64,000 bases of DNA, from assembly GCA_002482885.1 (NCBI GenBank), contig DLGW01000019.1, forward strand, positions 6,111-70,110, given 5' to 3'. The notes under the pieces are model-generated. The model was not told the DNA's origin. It saw only the letters and a list, made by a program, of their open reading frames with translations, and did not search any database. The position numbers and the translations under genes were made by a program. The DNA comes from Flavobacteriaceae bacterium UBA7684. Lineage in GTDB: Bacteria; Bacteroidota; Bacteroidia; Flavobacteriales; Flavobacteriaceae. Below are positions 59,214-64,000 of the stretch, piece after piece; within the stretch, counting starts at the first letter, position 1, and each line of letters opens with the position of its first letter.

Positions 59214-60236
59214 TTATTCTCCGTGTATCACTTTAGATTTTCCGTCTTTAGTTACTGTCCATTTGGCATTACAAGTACGGTCTCCAAAATCAACTTTAAT
59301 GTTGTTACCACGCATACGCATTTCAATTTCACCGGCAATCACTTTTCCAAATACAGCTAAGGCTCTTCCTCCAATTAATTTACCTATACAGTTGGCTTTG
59401 GTGTATAAAGTTTTTGTTACTTTAATGCTGTTTTTACCGCCGTCTGGAAAAATAGATTCGGAATTGATACTTACTTCATAATCAAAAGCTTGCTTTTTAA
59501 CCGTTCCCTCCATAATAATGTTTCCGTTAGCATCCATTTCGTAAACCGGATTTCCATTTTCGTCAACGGCTAATTTGCCTTTTTCGGTAATGGTAGCCGT
59601 ACGGGTAATTTTAACAGGACCTTCTTCGATAACCAAATTGTTTAACACGGTTGTTCTTCCATCAGTACCAAAACGACTAACACTCATTTCTCCGCTTAAG
59701 GTAGTATTTCCATAACCAAATTTGTTAAAAATGAAAATTACTTTTCCATCTGTTCCAATTTTAAAGGTTAAAGCACTTTTTAGAATTTTTCCATTGCGAT
59801 TGCAACTGCCATCGGTAGGAAAGTCATAACAACCGTAGATATTACCTGTGCTTAAATCGATAGACATTTTTGGTTTTTGACCACAAATGATAGGAGGGGA
59901 TAAAACCGAAGCTGTATTAGAATTTACAACGAAAAATTGGTCGCATAACAAACCAGAAGTGGTTTTATTTGCAGGGTTTTGTTTGCCAGCTTTAATTAAA
60001 TCGCTTACAAAATTTTCTGGAATTTCAGGAATTTCTTCGGCAATAGTTCCGATTTCTGCCACTACGTTGTTCGAAGTTAACTCGGTGTTAAAATCAGTTT
60101 CTACTTCGTCGATGGTCATTGCTTTAACTACTTCTGGGGTAGTTGTTGTGTTGCTATTGTTGTCGTCTTTACTACAATAGGTTAAGGTTGCAATAGCTGT
60201 TAATAAAGCAACCCCTGAAAGGATTTTTTGTTTCAT
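59214..60236 (-). CDS. Cys-rich surface lipoprotein (hypothetical), paralog of 60462-61310
   Basis: Lipobox TYC-SKDD; C.RNGK, C-terminal VDFGDRTCNAKWTV. Confidence 0.8.
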   Translation of the reverse strand: MKQKILSGVALLTAIATLTYCSKDDNNSNTTTTPEVVKAMTIDEVETDFNTELTSNNVVAEIGTIAEEIPEIPENFVSDLIKAGKQNPANKTTSGLLCDQFFVVNSNTASVLSPPIICGQKPKMSIDLSTGNIYGCYDFPTDGSCNRNGKILKSALTFKIGTDGKVIFIFNKFGYGNTTLSGEMSVSRFGTDGRTTVLNNLVIEEGPVKITRTATITEKGKLAVDENGNPVYEMDANGNIIMEGTVKKQAFDYEVSINSESIFPDGGKNSIKVTKTLYTKANCIGKLIGGRALAVFGKVIAGEIEMRMRGNNIKVDFGDRTCNAKWTVTKDGKSKVIHGE

Positions 60237-60363
60237 AAAAGTTGTATTTAGGTGTTTAGTATTTTCAAATATATGTTTTTTATATTTAAAAATGGACGAT
60301 TTATGGAGTGCGAATATTAAAATTACCCATTTTGTGTAGGTATTTTTTAAGGATGTGGTAATC

Positions 60364-60435
60364 TATTAACGTTGCTTGTGGTCAATTGGCCAATAAGAAT
60401 ATATAAAAAAACCCCCGCTTATAGCGGGGGTTTTT
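60364..60435 (+). repeat. Duplicated rlmN 3' end plus terminator
   Basis: GCTTGTGG(T/G)CAATTGGCCAATAAGAATATATAAAAAAA followed by a CCCCCGC/GCGGGGG hairpin, repeating 59123-59196. Confidence 0.9.
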
Positions 60436-60461
60436 GCGATTATTTATAAGAGTAAATGGTT

Positions 60462-61310
60462 TTATAAACTAACTACTTCTACAGTTTTATTGTTTACTTT
60501 TAATGTCCATTTAGATTTACACGTTCCGTCTCCGAAATCTAAAGAACCCATGTTGCCTCTGATTTTAAATTCAATAGATCCTTTAACGAATCTTGGAGCT
60601 AAACCAATAGATGTACAAGCGGTTTTTATGATTAATGGATTTTTAATAGTAACAACATTTTGTTTACCATCTGAGAAAATGGTGGTCCAAGTTCCTGTAG
60701 TAGAGAATTCATCGTCAGCCTCTGTTTCAGTGTCATTACCAGCTATTTGTGTCTGAACATAATTAGAAGATTTATCAACAGTACCGTCAGGAGTTTTGAT
60801 TGTCAATCTTCTTAATTGTGTATTTATGACACGCTCTTTTTTGTCGTTAAACGATTTTGTAATTAACATTACGCCATTAAGTGTGTATTCCCCTTGATTG
60901 AAATTTGTAAAAGTAAAAGTTATAGCCTTAGTTAAAACATTAACGCTGATTACTAACTTTCCTTTTACAGTTTTACCGTTTCTGGTACAACCTGTATCTC
61001 CTAAATTGTAAGTGTAGGTTAAATTTGGTAAGGTTAAAGCTTTTTCGGGAGTTATATCACAAATTTTTGGACCATCTGGAATAACGATAGTCCCTTTACC
61101 TGCAGAGGTAGGAATCTCGTCATACATACCTGCAAAATCATTCGAAAAATCTTCGGCTTTGATTTCTGTTTTAATGTCTGACTCAACTTGTGCTTCGGTC
61201 ATTACCGTTGGGGTTTCAGTTGTGGTGCTGTTATCCGCATCGTCTTTACTACAACTTGCGAAAGAAAAGATTAAAGCTAGAACGCTTATTTTTAAAATGT
61301 TTGTTTTCAT
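60462..61310 (-). CDS. Surface lipoprotein (hypothetical), paralog of 59214-60236
   Basis: Lipobox ASC-SKDD; GCTRNGK, LDFGDGTCKSKWTL; ATG at 61310. Confidence 0.82.
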   Translation of the reverse strand: MKTNILKISVLALIFSFASCSKDDADNSTTTETPTVMTEAQVESDIKTEIKAEDFSNDFAGMYDEIPTSAGKGTIVIPDGPKICDITPEKALTLPNLTYTYNLGDTGCTRNGKTVKGKLVISVNVLTKAITFTFTNFNQGEYTLNGVMLITKSFNDKKERVINTQLRRLTIKTPDGTVDKSSNYVQTQIAGNDTETEADDEFSTTGTWTTIFSDGKQNVVTIKNPLIIKTACTSIGLAPRFVKGSIEFKIRGNMGSLDFGDGTCKSKWTLKVNNKTVEVVSL

Positions 61311-61508
61311 AAATAGATTGTTTTTAGTTGTTAATGTAATCAAATATAAAAAAATCATTAAATATCATAATATTTATTTTAGGTTTATTTTATGGTTGCA
61401 TATTAAAACTACTCGTAATGGGTAGGTTTTTTTAAACGGTTGTTGTGTTTTAAGCATTAAGTATATTTAGATTGAATTTTAAGTATTGAATAATTATATT
61501 TGACACTT

Positions 61509-62486
61509 ATGAAAATAACTGAACAAATCAAACAGCCTATATATGACGAAATGGAACTTTTTGAAAAAAAGTTCTATCAATTCATGTCATCTAAAGTCGC
61601 CCTGCTGAATCGGATTACTTATTACATTGTAAATAGTAAAGGCAAACAAATGCGCCCGATGTTTGTTTTTTTAACGGCTAAAATGGTTTCTGGTGGTCAG
61701 GTTAACGAAAGAACTTACCGAGGCGCTTCGGTTATCGAATTAATCCATACGGCTACCTTAGTACACGATGATGTGGTAGACGATAGTAATAAACGCAGAG
61801 GTTTCTTTTCTATCAATGCGCTTTGGAAAAATAAAATTGCAGTTTTAGTGGGGGATTATTTGTTGTCTAAAGGATTATTACTTTCTATTGATAATGATGA
61901 TTTTGATTTGCTGAAAATTATTTCGGTAGCTGTTCGCGAAATGAGCGAAGGAGAATTACTACAAATTGAAAAAGCCCGAAGATTAGATATTACCGAAGAT
62001 ATTTATTTTGAAATCATTCGTCAAAAAACGGCAACTTTAATTGCCTCTTGTTGTGCGTTAGGCGCTAAATCGGTTTCTGATGATTTAGAGCAAGTAAAAA
62101 AAATGCACCGTTTTGGTGAATTAATTGGTTTGGCTTTTCAGATTAAAGACGATTTATTCGATTATACCGACGATGCCATTGGGAAACCTACGGGAATTGA
62201 TATTAAGGAGCAAAAAATGACTTTGCCGTTGATTTATGTGTTAAATAATTGTTCGGAATCCGAAAAAAGTTGGGTTATTAATTCCGTTAAAAATCACAAT
62301 AAGGATAAAAAAAGAGTCAAAGAAGTTATTGAGTTTGTAAAAAAGAATGGAGGCTTAGAATACGCTTCCGAAAAAATGATAGCCTATAAACAAGAGGCTT
62401 TGCAATTGATTCAAGATTACCCAGAATCCCCATATAAATCTGCTTTAGCGTTAATGGTTAATTATGTAACTGAACGTAAGAAATAA
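61509..62486 (+). CDS. Polyprenyl diphosphate synthase (IspB-like)
   Basis: GKQMRP, HTATLVHDDVVD..RRG, KTA, FQIKDDLFD. Confidence 0.95.
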   Translation: MKITEQIKQPIYDEMELFEKKFYQFMSSKVALLNRITYYIVNSKGKQMRPMFVFLTAKMVSGGQVNERTYRGASVIELIHTATLVHDDVVDDSNKRRGFFSINALWKNKIAVLVGDYLLSKGLLLSIDNDDFDLLKIISVAVREMSEGELLQIEKARRLDITEDIYFEIIRQKTATLIASCCALGAKSVSDDLEQVKKMHRFGELIGLAFQIKDDLFDYTDDAIGKPTGIDIKEQKMTLPLIYVLNNCSESEKSWVINSVKNHNKDKKRVKEVIEFVKKNGGLEYASEKMIAYKQEALQLIQDYPESPYKSALALMVNYVTERKK

Positions 62487-62528
62487 TAAAGGCGGACATT
62501 ATACAAAATGTCCGCCTTTATTTTTTTT
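62485..62528. terminator. Bidirectional intrinsic terminator
   Basis: AATAAAGGCGGACATT-atacaa-AATGTCCGCCTTTATT followed by a T tract. Confidence 0.88.
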
Positions 62529-62538
62529 AGAGTTACAA

Positions 62539-63453
62539 TTAATACTGTATTTTAATTGTTGAAGCAATAAGCTCACTTCCAGATTTTAATTTAGCTTTTA
62601 TTTCTGTTGGAAATTTATTTGAGTTGTATGTGTAGTCAAAAGTTCCTTCGGCTTGTAATGTACCTGCAAACATATCAAAAAACATTTTCTCATATTCTGT
62701 TAAACCCTCTATTTCAGTTATTGAACTAATCGAAATTGAGGTTATGTTGTTGACTCCGTATGATAGATTCATGAAATTATTTAATCCAACAATATTTTTG
62801 TAATAATTATTTTTATCATCATATTTAAAAATAAGTTTGGCTTCAAATTTATATTCTAATTCTTCGAATTGAGAAGATATGGTGATTTCAGACTGCATGC
62901 CATTTAGCAATTTAACAGTTGTTGTGGTAGGTCTCCTAATGAATTTTTCTTCTGTTAGGTCATAGTCATAATCTTCGATGGTTATCGTTCCATTTGAATT
63001 ATAAGTGAATTCTTGTCGTTCTTTAATTTCAGAGAATTCACTACCGCTTGTCTTTTTAAAGCTTCTTTTGTTTGCACTTAATTTTTTTGCTTTTTTGAAT
63101 TCGTAGTGTTCCTCATCAAGATAAGTAATTTCAATGTGGTCAATTTTACCGTCTTTGTACGCATAAACACTTGTTTCTACAATTTCTCCTTCGGTATAAG
63201 TTTCAATTTTAGTAACTAAGTTATCAGTGTAGGTGAAAACTTCTTTGTCTCCTGAATCATCTTGATTTACAATGCTTACGATTTTATTTCCGTTGTAATT
63301 ATGTACATAAGTTGTTGAATTACCAGAAGCATCAGTTTCAGTAATTTTTTTTACCAGAATATTGTCAATATTGGTGTTGGTCGAAGGAGCATCGTCCTTT
63401 GAGCAAGAAAAGCTAGCTACCGCAATAGCTAAAATGTAAATGAGTTTTTTCAT
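62539..63453 (-). CDS. Surface lipoprotein with YD-like beta-hairpin repeats (hypothetical)
   Basis: Lipobox FSC-SKDD; YNGNKIVSI, FTYTDNLVTKI, YDDKNNYYKNI, YTYNSNKFPT. Confidence 0.78.
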   Translation of the reverse strand: MKKLIYILAIAVASFSCSKDDAPSTNTNIDNILVKKITETDASGNSTTYVHNYNGNKIVSIVNQDDSGDKEVFTYTDNLVTKIETYTEGEIVETSVYAYKDGKIDHIEITYLDEEHYEFKKAKKLSANKRSFKKTSGSEFSEIKERQEFTYNSNGTITIEDYDYDLTEEKFIRRPTTTTVKLLNGMQSEITISSQFEELEYKFEAKLIFKYDDKNNYYKNIVGLNNFMNLSYGVNNITSISISSITEIEGLTEYEKMFFDMFAGTLQAEGTFDYTYNSNKFPTEIKAKLKSGSELIASTIKIQY

Positions 63454-63591
63454 GATTTGTTTTTTTAGAATTAAAAATTTAGGGCAAATTTAATGGAATT
63501 ATTATGCGTATGAAATAAATAAGAATCAAAATTCTTTGTACGTTCCAAAACCAAACAAATCTTATATTAGTACCCTTAAATAAAAAATGTT

Positions 63592-64000
63592 TTGATTTCA
63601 AAAAACACCATAGACAAAGTTTACGAGGCCGTTCGAGTAGAAGAGGTGATTGGGGATTTTGTGCAATTAAAAAGAGCGGGAAGTAACTTAAAAGGATTAA
63701 GTCCTTTTTCGGATGAACGTTCTCCGTCTTTTATGGTGTCGCCAGTAAAACAAATCTGGAAAGATTTTAGTTCCGGAAAAGGAGGGAATGCCATTGCTTT
63801 TATTATGGAGCACGAGCATTTTACCTACCCCGAAGCGATTAGATATTTAGCCAAAAGATATAGCATTGAAATTGAAGAAATTGAGCAATCCAACGAACAA
63901 AAAGAACAAGCCAACGAAAAGGAAAGTTTGTATTTGGTTTCGGAATTTGCTCAAAAATATTTTCACGATACCTTATTAAATTCCGAAGAAGGCAAAGCCA
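63592..64000 (+). CDS. dnaG: DNA primase (3'-truncated by window edge; absent from the ORF track)
   Basis: TTG start; MISKNTIDKVYEAVRVEEVIGDFVQLKRAGSNLKGLSPFSDERSPSFMVSPVKQIWKDFSSGKGGN. Confidence 0.95.
   Translation, partial: MISKNTIDKVYEAVRVEEVIGDFVQLKRAGSNLKGLSPFSDERSPSFMVSPVKQIWKDFSSGKGGNAIAFIMEHEHFTYPEAIRYLAKRYSIEIEEIEQSNEQKEQANEKESLYLVSEFAQKYFHDTLLNSEEGKA

Noticed and set aside
59123-60435. rlmN-tail direct repeat as attL/attR of a prophage or integrative element
   Set aside because: Only one lipoprotein gene lies between the repeats and there is no integrase; kept as a duplication/recombination finding instead.
937-61425. Many short antisense or overlapping ORFs in the track (e.g. 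1219-1530, 7049-7513, 40752-41369, 52593-52997)
   Set aside because: They lie opposite or inside well-supported genes, have no recognisable motifs and are expected shadows of codon bias.
1-64000. tRNA, rRNA, transposase, integrase or defence-system genes
   Set aside because: No cloverleaf or rRNA-like segment in the spacers and no ORF with such motifs was recognised.

Overview
AT-rich Bacteroidota chromosome segment, most likely Flavobacteriaceae (gldJ-porU-porV, TAnnTTTG promoters, CSKDD-type surface lipoproteins). It is mostly core genes: rpoC 3' part, a MarR-fadN-thiolase-acyl-CoA dehydrogenase operon, corA, rlmH, nadC, priA, dnaK, mutS2, murF, pdhA/pdhC, a cobalamin riboswitch with btuB/btuG, accA, dnaB, a DEAD-box helicase, rluD, menB, rlmN, a polyprenyl synthase and the 5' part of dnaG. 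I saw no rRNA, tRNA, CRISPR array, transposase or integrase. Main signals: (1) a family of dispersed intergenic structured elements (three full copies, one mini copy, one decayed copy and one Flavo-1-like relative) whose stems differ in sequence but keep their pairing around a conserved three-way junction; (2) an uncharacterised divergent cluster of YceI, CxxCH lipoprotein, OB-fold protein, T9SS-secreted CxxCH/Reeler protein and a beta-barrel; (3) a full-length PriA with degenerate ATPase motifs; (4) an rpoC that looks like a Sphingobacteriaceae/Flavobacteriaceae mosaic; (5) a duplicated rlmN 3' end plus terminator flanking paralogous lipoprotein genes. All family assignments come from motif recognition and recall; no searches were run.
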